Shown in pieces: positions 49,791-61,282 of a stretch of DNA of 64,000 bases. Under the pieces are notes generated by a model. It was not told the origin of the DNA. It was given only the letters and a program-made list of their open reading frames with translations, and did not search any database. How positions within the stretch are numbered: position 1 is the stretch's first letter; the number at the start of each line of letters is the position of its first letter. The stretch is from Phoronis australis (taxonomy: Eukaryota; Animalia; Phoronida), in assembly GCA_002633005.1 (NCBI GenBank), contig NMRA01000101.1, positions 496,001 to 560,000 on the forward strand, written 5' to 3'. Position numbers and translations under genes: made by a program.

Positions 49791-52444
49791 AATTTTACTA
49801 TAACAGTCTCTAATTTCATCTATCATATGCCCCCCGAAACAGCCAAAGTCTAGCTATGTTTGTTCGAAACTGCTAATTTGTCGTCTAAAGAAAACACCAA
49901 AGGTGTCAATGTGCAATTTTACGAAATATTCAGTAAAATTCTGCGTATAAAACCCATGTAATTATACAAAGTAATGCATTCAGGTTAGGAACGTATGTAG
50001 TGCACCGTTCGCGAATACAAAGTCTTCGGACTTATATTGGAATGTAAAGCTATGAGCGCACTTTGTACTATAAAGCAGTGTGTCATATCCCAATCATTTA
50101 TTTCGTGAGCAACAAAGGGGTTGTTGGAGGTGTGGACACTCCAATAATTGTCTATTTAATTGGACTAAAAGAGAGAAAATGGGCAAGGAAAAAATTGCAC
50201 TAGCCCTAATTGAGGGTATTCATACTAGTATTGTCCAATTCTGTTGTCATTTTTGACTCACAGTAGATTCTTCACGTCGTGTAAAATGAAAGAGACATAA
50301 AAGTAGATGAACTGCATGCAAATTCGCGATCATTCCCCGATCATTCCGCTGGAACATTTTAGCCTCGTGCCACAATACTTGCGGGCATTTCTTACTAATG
50401 ATCAGTTCTACTTGCTTTAGCCATCACGTACGTGCCACGAAACAGGATTGTCGTGAAAATCCTTTTCGAGGAAATAATCCAATTTTAAGATCAAACAATT
50501 CGTATCTGCGCCCCCTATAGCCAAATATTCTGAGTAATGAGCAAGCATGTCGGCAGTATTGACTGACAGAAAAAGCGTGGGCATGGAACGCGTAAAAATC
50601 CCTTTTAAACTTATCGTGGCGAATCTGCTACTTGGGGATTCAAATGTGGGATCTATTCACGTTGAATTTTACTCGAATTTCCAGAACAAAATCGTCAGAA
50701 ACACAGACAAAATACAAACTCTTTCATCCCAATAAGGATTCAATTTCTCAGCCTCCAATGGTGCTGAGTCTGTTTCATGCCATACCAAATAAGGAGACGT
50801 GCTTTGCCTTGTGTGAGAAATACTCGACGAGCAGTTCTCAGATTGATTTTTATGAAATGTGAAACTAAAGGAAAAATGCTTTGACATCAACAAAAACTCA
50901 AAACCTTTACGGACAAACCGTAAAAATACCCGGTGAATTGTTTGACTTCTCTTTCAGTGGCAGAGATCCACGTTTAATAACGTAATTTAATCTACTTTAC
51001 GCGTCTCAGGCCTCTTTAAGTCTCTGGTTCACATAAAAACTATGCTAGAGTCGGAACTACGGGCTGCATAAACCATTAATCCCTGTGCACGTGAAAAGAC
51101 AGGACAGTAAGCGAGACGGCGACCACAGTTAAAACACCCCACGTCAGCCTAACAAACGAAGAAATCATAAGGAGCAGCACTGGTTGTGTAATAGAANTCT
51201 CGGTCACACGGTCACTGATCATAGCTACGCTGTGTTTACAAACGAGAGAGAGGCCTTGCTTGGTATTATAAAGCAAAAAATGAAACATGGTTTTTAGTTT
51301 GCAAATCACTCCAAATGCACACACTATCCAGCCTGCTCAAGACATCCCTGACCACAAGCTATCCCATGAGCCTTCGCGAAGGAAGTAACTCGCACATGCG
51401 CAATGCGTAGTTCGTCTGCGCTGCAAATCCGCTATAGAACATAGACTATAGCAACGTGTCGCCTTCTAGATTGCTATTTGACTGAAATGAGTTTCGAACC
51501 TCAACTTGTAGTGTGTACGAGACGGCGCTCGTTATGCGTGCTTGATTTACCTGGACTGGGATGACATCAAGTACTATGGAAGTTGTCCAGTCGGAAGTCG
51601 ACAATTTCCACACGTATGTTCTTGCTTTTAAATACAGGCTTCGACATTAAAAAATTGCGAAAAAAATTGCAACGTTTTTTACGAAAATTACCAGGATTGT
51701 ATTAGAAAGCCTCCGTATTATAGACACCTCTTTTACGAATTTGTAGTTCCACAACGTACAACCCATAAGTAATTTTAAACGTCATTCAGGTATGCTCTGT
51801 GTACTTAATAGTTCTAATCACCATGATCATTTCTCATTTCTAGAACCTCGCTAGATTTAGATGAATTTGCCTACAACATCCTTAGTTACCAGGTGTCGTC
51901 GGCTCAGTCAAGTACTTTCAAACATCATGTCACGGAGATTGACAACATTTCGTGAGTCCGCTCAAAAACAGTTTGGCAAGAAATGAAGCGAATTGTCAAA
52001 AGCAGAAATCATGGAGTTGCTGTTGATGCCCGCATTACAATTCAGAGATATGGTTATATGCTATTTTCGTCTGAAAATATTGTATGGATAAAAAATACAC
52101 GCTAGTGTTGACTTGCAAAATGAATGACATAACCGTAATTTCCATGCAACCACCGGGTGGCGGGCCGTCTACAGGCAATCTCTGCCAGCCCCGGCCTGTC
52201 ATGTAAGATATATGTTTACATGAGTGGCCTAAATCGAGATTCGTGATTGGTGACGGCGAAACAGTGCCGCGTAGGCCTACACGTGCACGTGGTGATGTGT
52301 CAAGAGCCGCACAGCGCGGGGGTTTCAGCAATGACAGACACTGCGTCCGCCGCGTCACTAAATGATCTGCCACTGTATGGTCGTTATGATTACTGTAATC
52401 ATGACAAAAATTTGCCCCAGGAAAAACTTTTACCACACCTTATG

Positions 52445-52936
52445 CAGTGCTCACCGCTGTAGTGGGGCGTAGGCGCACGTAGGCGCACGTAGGCGTAGCC
52501 AACCACCTTTTGGCATTTGAACGTATCGCCTACGCCCCTTAAATTACGTTCAGCACTCAAGGGGATACTGTGAGGGTTTTGGCACCTACTTACCTCTAAT
52601 TTTACCTCTACAGCAATGTTTGGTCCCCGAGGACACACCCCACGGGCGACTAAAAACGCCGCCAGAATATCGTTTCTGGGCATTAAAAAATGGTGTTTGG
52701 CCCCCCTTCAGAGACCGCTTGGAATGCACGCGAACATTTGTCTACCTCTGTATGTGGTTGTGCCCCAAATTTTCAACATCCTATATTCGCCACTACAGAC
52801 TCGAAGTAAATGTCCACTCATGAGTCCAAATATAGTCAGGTTTTGCGAATTCAATGCACTTTTAAAATTCAATGCTCAATGTGATACGGTGGGCATTGGG
52901 CACCTACTTACCTCTAATTTTACCACTACAGCACTG
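52445..52936. mobile_element. hAT-type MITE with perfect 8 bp target-site duplication
   Basis: Ends CAGTGCT...GTAGTGG / CCACTACAGCACTG; ACCTTATG on both flanks (52437-52444, 52937-52944); subterminal (GTAGGCGCAC)n repeats and an internal duplicate of the right end at about 52581-52616. Confidence 0.85.
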
Positions 52937-55423
52937 ACCTTATGTCTTCAGATTTTAACAGGAACCGTCCATCGGTCAAATCTGTCGGAGTATGGTGGTC
53001 CTGAGTCAAATTTACTTGCATGTCTTTTTAGTTCAGTAGTCATAAGCGACAACTAAAAGTTCGCTGACCAGACCGAGACAAAATGTAAAGAAACGTAAAA
53101 ACTCCTTCTTATGATTAGAATGTTAAGCTCAAAACTAGTTTAGTTACAATGACTTTATTACCTTCCTTCTTCAGTTAGCGACGGAAATATTTGGGCATGA
53201 AAAACCACCAGACACCAGTAAACACATCTCCGCACCTACATGTATGACCGATAAATACCAGGTGGTGCCACAGCGTTGAACACAATGAAATATGGTTCAC
53301 TTTTGTTCATATACAATGTAGTCCAAGGTGGTTCAATGAAGCTCGTTCTATGAGAATGTAGTCTATTCTAGATCCATCAATAACGGGTCGACCTAATAAA
53401 GCTATGGGCTATGTGCCAAATCGACCCGCCGGCCGGGTTATGAATATGAGCAAAACTGTAACGTCAACATGACCTGAAATCCTTCAAACTTTATCGGAGG
53501 GAAGGCCACATTTGGGGCCAAGGGCATTTTGCCCCCGCACTAGACTGTCGCCGCAGCTCAGATAACTGTCGGTTTTACATAACCCCAGCCACCACGTCAC
53601 TCCGTAATTTAGGGTGCCGTAAAGCGTTCTTCATTAGAATTTCGCAATTGTCGCAAATGACTTCGCTGGTAAAATTCCATCTTTTGCAAATTGTGGTCTT
53701 TGATTTAACATATTTCGAAAATAAGGTGTAATTTTACAATAATTCTGTTTACAGGTCTCATTTTCTTTTATGTTTTCAACGTCCCCTAGTTTTTCTAGGA
53801 CTACATCACTGCTGAATTGTTCAAAAATATTTTTCTGGTCTTCGCTTCCCACGCCTGACAGAACAAAGTCGCTGCCATGACGCACACGAAGGCTTGCCCT
53901 GTACACCAAAAAAGCACAATCAACACGGACTATAGGCGCTCTTTCTTTGGTTTCGGTGAAGCAGATGACGACTGTTGCTTACTCTCCGGGTCACAGCCAT
54001 ATGTCCACGATTCATCACCAACAATAATCTTTATAACAAAGTCCGGGTCAGATGTGGCTCATTCTCAGAGATCCTGGCAAATCGCAGGGTGGCGTACCTT
54101 CTATTCGCCACATAGGAATCGCAAAACAGATTTGACACTAGAAATGTGCCTTCTGTTCCCAAGTGATACCTGAATGCGCAGCTGCAGTCTTGCCTATGTT
54201 GAAGCAACATCTTATGCTTATTCAATAAGCCTGTAAATCAGACATTGCAATATCCCCGATTACGTCAAAGCTATCAGACTAAATATTCAAGCTTGGCGAT
54301 GCGCATGCGCTGCGTGAATTACGTACGAACGCACACGCACGCCCGCACGCACACACAGATTCACGAAGGGTGGCATTAAAAACTTTCTGACCGTGCGTTT
54401 CTCAATTCATTGCGTTTTCTCACAGTATTCAAATTTTTGTAACTTGCACACAGAATATGTACAATGAAAACTTGAACCCTCGTGACTAAAACATGTTTAA
54501 TATGCAACCGTTTTTTTAGATAGTTCAGTGACTTTAACTCCTTGTTAAAGACGAATTCATGGGCAGTAACAGCATGCTTTGACCGAAACCAAGCTCTGAT
54601 CAACAAGATGTGCATACCACATATCTTTTGCAGAATCTCTCTGCATCCAAGTGTCTGGATACCGAGTGTCTAGTAGCCTATGGGATCGTCAGTACTACTG
54701 CCACACACACTTCAGGTTCTCCCGTATAGACTGTAATTCTCCAGCTGTGTCACTTTGCTTCACCTTGCAGGGCTTTGCACATCTTTTACATCAAAACATG
54801 GGCACATTTCGTTCGCGGTCACTTTTTAAAGTGCAACAGGAAAAAATCATCCACATTGTTTTGCTGTGACAGGAATCTAAAACTTTAATGCTCAGTGGAT
54901 TTCTTAAACATAAAATTAATGCATTTCGGAGAAATAATGATTGCTTTATGTTCAGGCTACATTTAAGCATAAAACCAAGAAATAGGCATATTTAATTTTA
55001 AAAATACCCTCAATCCTCTTGCAAGTTAGAGTTTGGTCAAATTGTAAAAATGTCCACCTTCGAGGGCGAAATAAAGTACTGAATGTATGGAAATTTAGTT
55101 ACATTTTTAGCTGTAAATATTATTTTTATTAGTCTATTATGGAACTTCTTGGGCATCAATGTTAAGCTTAGTAACCAATTTTGTAATATATTTTTCGCGT
55201 ACAAAAACTGCAAATTAGCGGACACGGCAAAATATGATTGTATACTCAAATAGGTCATAACTCTCAAACCAAATGTCAATGAATGCAAATAATTCGGCTT
55301 AATACTATGGGTCACTAAAATATGAACCCTGTATGAATATTTACATATATAATGAATTTTACTTTCCTTATGGTTGTTATATGGAGGCCGTAGCATAAAC
55401 ATACCCCGGTGTTTATTGAGTAC

Positions 55424-55520
55424 GATACAGCTGGTCAGCACAGCGCTTAGCTGAGAACAGAATGGTTCCTGGTTCTGAATGCGCGCTGGGGCTCATTTCA
55501 GAAAAACTCTTTTTTCGCCC
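55424..55520 (+). mobile_element. Degenerate tRNA-derived SINE head (same family as 49688)
   Basis: CAGCTGGTCAGCACAGCGC...GGTTCCTGGTTCTGAATGC...TTTCAGAAAAACTCTTTTTTCGCC. Confidence 0.45.
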
Positions 55521-56803
55521 CGTAAAGTCGCTCTATATGACACTAGTCCTCAATAACAGGGTGCAAAATTATTGCCCTGTATGGCAGCCACTGACCTCAT
55601 ATCTCCAGTGCCCACTAAGACGGAGCTGGTGGATAGTTTGAGGTCAAGTCGACTGTTCCCGTCTACCCTAGCGATTCAGTTTCTAGTACAAAGTTACTGC
55701 TTGAGAACGGGTTGGCGGCATGAAATCATGCCCAGACAGTCTCGCCAAAAGGGATCCAGGGCTAATTTTTTTTCGATAGAGCAAGACTTCAGGATTATAG
55801 TATAGATATTGCCTAGCCCCCATAAAAATGGTCTAGCTCCTGATTATAAAATCCAAGGATGAGATACTGCCGCCTCCCTCGACAGCAAACCCAATGGCGG
55901 AAAATTGTTGCCTGGCCATTACTCATGTTGTCTCCCCTGTATATTCTGTAGCTCCTGCATATGGAACCATGGATGGGGTACTCATTGTAGCCTCAGTGCA
56001 CATACTGTCTACCTAAGTTGACTGTCGCACACCCTTTCACATAGTCATATGGCCTCACCGTTCAAAAACAGTTTTGGAACCTTGCACCCTTTTCGTGAAA
56101 CATGGAAAACTCATTTTGGAAATATGTATTATTGTCCGAAAATGGCGGGCCGTCTGAAAATGGCGCGACTTTACCGCATTTATACAGAACGTTTCGTCTG
56201 ATATTGCCTTTAAAAATCGACACGACAGCGTCACTTATCGCACATTTGCCAACTGTTCCTATGTGATTTTCCCCAATTAGGGGTACACTAGTCATAATAA
56301 TCTCGATTTCATTTTCAGCATTTCCATCGAAAAGAAACGGCATACATGTTTACAAGTGGTTAAGAATTCAATTAGTTTTACTAGCATACATGTAGCCATA
56401 GGCATACAATGCGCAATAACATGCTACCACTGCATTCCATGTCATATTATTTCACCTCGTCTTTGTTGTTAAAGTAAGTCATATATCGCTTGTGACGTGC
56501 TTTTTGCTAGTGTGATTGGTGATTCTTGTCATCGCTTACTGAACCATAACCGAGTGAGCCGGATGTTGTTCATAGCCTATGCACTGTGCAGTAAAGTTAC
56601 ACGACCCGTTTATTCAACATGACAATTGATCATTCACGACTCTTTTTCATAACGCCTCAGTTGTTTTGTTAAAATAACTAAAACTGGTCGTTGTGAATAT
56701 ACAGGCATAGCTTTACAGTTTCGTATCTTTCTCGCTGTAGACAAGCCGTGTTTAGTAGCAAAGTGGACTGCTGAGATATTAAGATTACCTATAGGCAACA
56801 CTG

Positions 56804-58426
56804 ATGAAGTCCAAGAACGCACAGAAACTGGCAAAATGTCGAGTAGATTACCTCGGACGCGGCATTCCTCTCCAAACGGATGAAGGAGTGGAATCGGTTT
56901 ACGGTCCGATTGATGAACTTTTTCGAAGAGGGCGTGTCAAGAATTACAAAGGAACTGATGCGTGGCTAAGAATTTATAGCTCTGGAATAGCGATTCACTT
57001 TATCCAGTCCCAAAAAGTTGACTTTATTCCAATCAGAAACATGAAACTATCAGCGGCAGTTAAGTGTAATCATGTCGAAATGGACGAAGATACTGGCGAA
57101 CGAATTCCTACTCTTGTCCCTCTGACATCAAACACTGAGAGCGACCATCCTGCTCTGTTTGCCATTACTATTCGTAGGCCGTGGGGTGTGAAGGTTTTGG
57201 ATTGTCTGATTTTTGCCTGCAAAACTGATGACGCAGCTCTGTCTCTAGTGGCTGCAAGTGAACACGCTTACAGCAACAAAGACGACTGGAACAAACCTTG
57301 GCCAGGAAGCGCAGCCATAATGAAGGAAGATACCAAGAATGAAAAACGTGCAGCAAAGCAAGGGAAGCAAAAAGTCGGGAAACAGAACGCAACTTTACCC
57401 GCCACAAATTTTTCGAATGGAGCTCCAAACAGAGCGGTCACCTACGTCCCACGCCCAGCTGACGATATACCGCGACACCTACCATCACACACGCAGTCAT
57501 TAATTGACGCCCCATTTTACAACCCGTGGCGTTATACACGAATGCCGCCACTTTACGCGTATTCGGGTTTCTCGCGCCCGCTCGCTCATGTCTCTAACCT
57601 TGCAGTTGACCGGGCAAGCTTGGATAATTATGCACCACGAAGTGTCGGTCACTACCAAAAGGAGTTTTCTATCAACGGAATCGTTATGGGAGCTGGTGAA
57701 GACCCGAACACCACTTACCACAGTGAGAGGCGGATTCAGGAACCGCCGTTCAAAGTTAACGGTGTAGTTACGGATCATGACCACATTCATCGACGTCCTG
57801 TACTTGTACAACCAACTGCACTGCAAGATATGCATCTCTCTGATCATCATCTGGTGTTCTCAAATCAGCACGCCAGGTTCCGGTCATTTTTTGACGCACA
57901 TGAGACGACTGATCTTAATGTGAATCCTGCGACAAACCCCGAGTTGGTAACCACTGCTCCAGGCAGCTCAATTTCGGCCGACTTTGTAGAATCCAAACGG
58001 TCACCACCCGTCAACCAATTTCATACGAATGTTTTTGAAGTTCGAACCGAAACGTACAGCGAAGAAAAAGTCCCGTATGAGACTCAGGAAAAGGCTATGG
58101 ATTTTGACATAGAATCAGTAGCCGGCACCATTCCTAAACGGATTCACCCTGCCAGCGAAGTTGCACGTAACACCCGTCCGTTTGCACCGTCACAGCCTCA
58201 GTTTACTGCTGTTGACGTTCCTCCGAAACGCGACGAAAGTAAAGTAAATCACGATCGCGCGGTAACAAGAACGTCCATTTATGTGCCGTCAACAGAAGAG
58301 CCTAAGACCTTGGTGGAAGTCAAGCAACCGATTGTGGCGCCAATAATTGTTCCACAGAAGGAGGAGCTGTTTTACGACGACGACGCGTCCGATTTGGTTC
58401 CAGACAAAAACGGAGGCGGAAACTGA
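56804..58426 (+). CDS. Intronless CG12581-type PTB-domain protein (540 aa), paralogue of the gene at 24868-29802
   Basis: Single 540 aa ORF; LAKCRVDYLGRGIP...GTDAWLRIYSSGI...FIPIRNMKLSAAVKC...HPALFAITIRRPWGVKVLDCLIFACKTDDAALSLVAASEHAY...DDW aligns motif by motif with the spliced paralogue. Confidence 0.9.
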   Translation: MKSKNAQKLAKCRVDYLGRGIPLQTDEGVESVYGPIDELFRRGRVKNYKGTDAWLRIYSSGIAIHFIQSQKVDFIPIRNMKLSAAVKCNHVEMDEDTGERIPTLVPLTSNTESDHPALFAITIRRPWGVKVLDCLIFACKTDDAALSLVAASEHAYSNKDDWNKPWPGSAAIMKEDTKNEKRAAKQGKQKVGKQNATLPATNFSNGAPNRAVTYVPRPADDIPRHLPSHTQSLIDAPFYNPWRYTRMPPLYAYSGFSRPLAHVSNLAVDRASLDNYAPRSVGHYQKEFSINGIVMGAGEDPNTTYHSERRIQEPPFKVNGVVTDHDHIHRRPVLVQPTALQDMHLSDHHLVFSNQHARFRSFFDAHETTDLNVNPATNPELVTTAPGSSISADFVESKRSPPVNQFHTNVFEVRTETYSEEKVPYETQEKAMDFDIESVAGTIPKRIHPASEVARNTRPFAPSQPQFTAVDVPPKRDESKVNHDRAVTRTSIYVPSTEEPKTLVEVKQPIVAPIIVPQKEELFYDDDASDLVPDKNGGGN

Positions 58427-60861
58427 TACGGACATTGGACTGTAACTGACTTGAAAGGGTTGACGTTAGAAACGTTTGATAAAATAACTGTAGGAGGAAA
58501 AACAGATTAACTTGTACGCCGCCTTGTACATATTTTGCTAGGACAGTATCACCGATAGTACATTACTTGGCGTGTACACAACAGCTGAAAATACTACGCA
58601 AGCGCCATCTTCCGTATGTATTTTATTTCCATAGGCTTTGCAATCCACCACAAAGCTACAATCGTCTCTGACTTCTAGTTTCACGTTCATCCGATACAAT
58701 ATTTGTCATTTTCAAAACGACCTCATATTGTGCAAATATATGTTGTAATGTACACCATAACGTTACACAGGAATGGATGAATTTGTATCGAACAAACTTA
58801 GCATGTAATGACGTTACATTTTATTTTGTCGTGTACTTACTGCTAAATTGACCGTTGTATATCACTAGAAACGAGCAAGATCGGTAATTTCGGAAAGAAA
58901 ATTTAACAAAAATACTTGTAACGAGAATACTCCCATAATTCAACATTCCAGCTTCGCTATCCAATCATTTTTTAGCGATGGCAATTTTGCTATGTATAGT
59001 CTACCCCAGTAAGGTCTCGAGTTTACTCGCAAAACGCTCACATTTCACTCGCATTTTGCGTGGTTATGCGTGATATGACCAAACTTGCAAGGAACTAGCG
59101 CTACAGAACGCATATTTGGTTGATAAGATAACTGTCGTCATTGGCATACGGTCAGTTTGGTGAATGCTCTTTCGATGCCGTTCATGCTGGGATCGTGAAG
59201 CGATCAGAATTAGCATGCAGGCTTCGGTTAAATAGCGTTAAAATAAGAGTTTTTCGAGTGTTCTTTGCTTTCTTGCTTTATATAGTCTTCAAGCATTAGA
59301 TTTTGGGCAAGTTTCTTTAAAACACATTTTGTGTGTATAATGATATCGACATTTTAGTTATTTCTTGTCTTACGTGTGTCTGCTGAGTGGCCTACTGAAA
59401 ACAAATGTCAGCCAGCTTGCTTGTACAGAACTGTGTAAAGTGGAATGCTTCAGAAAAAATAAATATTAGTAATAATAACGGAATGAGTTAAAATGATTAT
59501 TGTTAGAAGGTGCAATTTAAGTTCGATTACATGTACGCTGCAGCGGACATTTCGCTCTTACGTTTACGGCAGACCCAGTTGTCTCGCATTCTATTATGAT
59601 CTCCCGCTTGTTCAATCCAGGCGTGCGTTCAGTAACCCTAGGACCTACGCTAGGACCTAGCTAAAACCTAGACAAAGTCACGTGTTCTCATTTATCTCAC
59701 GTAATCTCGGGAAGTCTTGCTTTTTAGCGAGGTAATAGCTTTACTGAACGGGAGGCAGGTTTCGCTTCTTTTCATTCACGAATGTTGGCAACCATGCCTA
59801 TTCTTATGACGATTCGCCCAAAAATGCAGTTATTTTTGACAAAGACAAAATCGATGATTGCTCAGCGATGTAGGTTGAGCAATACAAGTACTTTCTAGAC
59901 CCGTAGCCGGGAGGGGGCCGGTCGGGGGTTCCACTGAACCTCCCCACCCCCCCTCCGCGGAAAAGGTCCAGACCCAGCATATTCGTTAAAGATATTTTTA
60001 TATAAGGATATAGGCGGACAACAACAAAAACTGTTGCAGCTACTGGTACTACTAACTATAATGATAACTAAAATAGTAACAATTTTGAAATTACCTCCTA
60101 TTCAAAGCATTTCACGTGACATCGGGCGGTACCCGGCAAACTCCGCCCGAGTGGTGTCTGTGTAGATGACAGGATATCGTGCAGACGACAAGATGAGGCT
60201 TGATCAGTATTGAAAGCGCGTGGTGGCAGCACCAACGGTTAACAAGGGAATCCAAAAGTGAATGTGTATACTTATTGTAGGCATAGATGTCCAGCCCTAT
60301 GACCTAAGTAAGCTTTATAGCAAAGAGGGTGCTTCCAAAAAGTAGTGCGATGTGAATGCCTTAAAATCGGCCAGGAAACGGAACAGCCGTAATTTGTGAT
60401 TTGTTAGTGTGCTATTTTGGATTAATTGCTAGCAATTAGTACTGTAAAGTGCAGGCATTTTCAAGCTTTTAATTGAAAGTGATCGTCAGATATGCAAATA
60501 TGTTGGTCATCCAGTGTCCACTCTGATTGTATATTGGTGGATTGACATGCATGCGTGTACACGTGTGTGCGTTTCCTTTCTTTTAAATTCAGCACACGCT
60601 GACTGTAAGTTCACGATTGGCAGTCTTCCACCGTGCTCAAAAATCAGACATTCAACTACCGTGTTTTCTTGCACTGAGAAAACCCCGTCAAGCATTTTCA
60701 CTTCATTAGGGAAAAAAGGCCTAGACCTCAACTTTGGTCAATAAAGAAAGTCTCCTCTTGTCAATCAGTGTTCATCATGGTGCACAGTTCCGCAGACTTC
60801 ATACGAGCAACAAACTTGACAGAAAAGATTTCCAAGGTTACATGTACCTACATGTAGCCTA

Positions 60862-61282
60862 TGCCGAAGGTTCACTACTCCGAAAGCTCACTATGACTCC
60901 GATGGTTCGCTACCTTCGAAAATTCAATACTTCGAATTTCCCCAATTTCAAAAACAGAGCTTCGACAGTTCACTGCAATTTCGCATGCACATTGAAAATG
61001 AATCTAGACAGTGACCACCGTCTCTAGTTGTAGCCTACTGGCCAGCTAGACGGTGGTCTCTCTGTCTACATGAAATCCAAACAAAGTGGTTTTGTATCCG
61101 GGCGTTATTTTCAATATAGGTGCATCTAATAACCGAAGAATCGTTTATTTTTGCATGTAACAGTACAAAAATTACACCTGAGTTTGATAGTTTAGATATT
61201 TTCGGAGCAGTGAACCTTCGGAGTAAAGAATCTTCAAAGCAGTGAACCTTCTGAATAGAAAACCTTCGAAATAGTGGGCTGT
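60862..61282. mobile_element. Foldback/MITE with inverted arrays of short subterminal repeats
   Basis: Left CCGAAGGTTCACTACTCCGAAAG repeats versus right TTTCGGAGCAGTGAACCTTCGG repeats (reverse complement). Confidence 0.55.
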
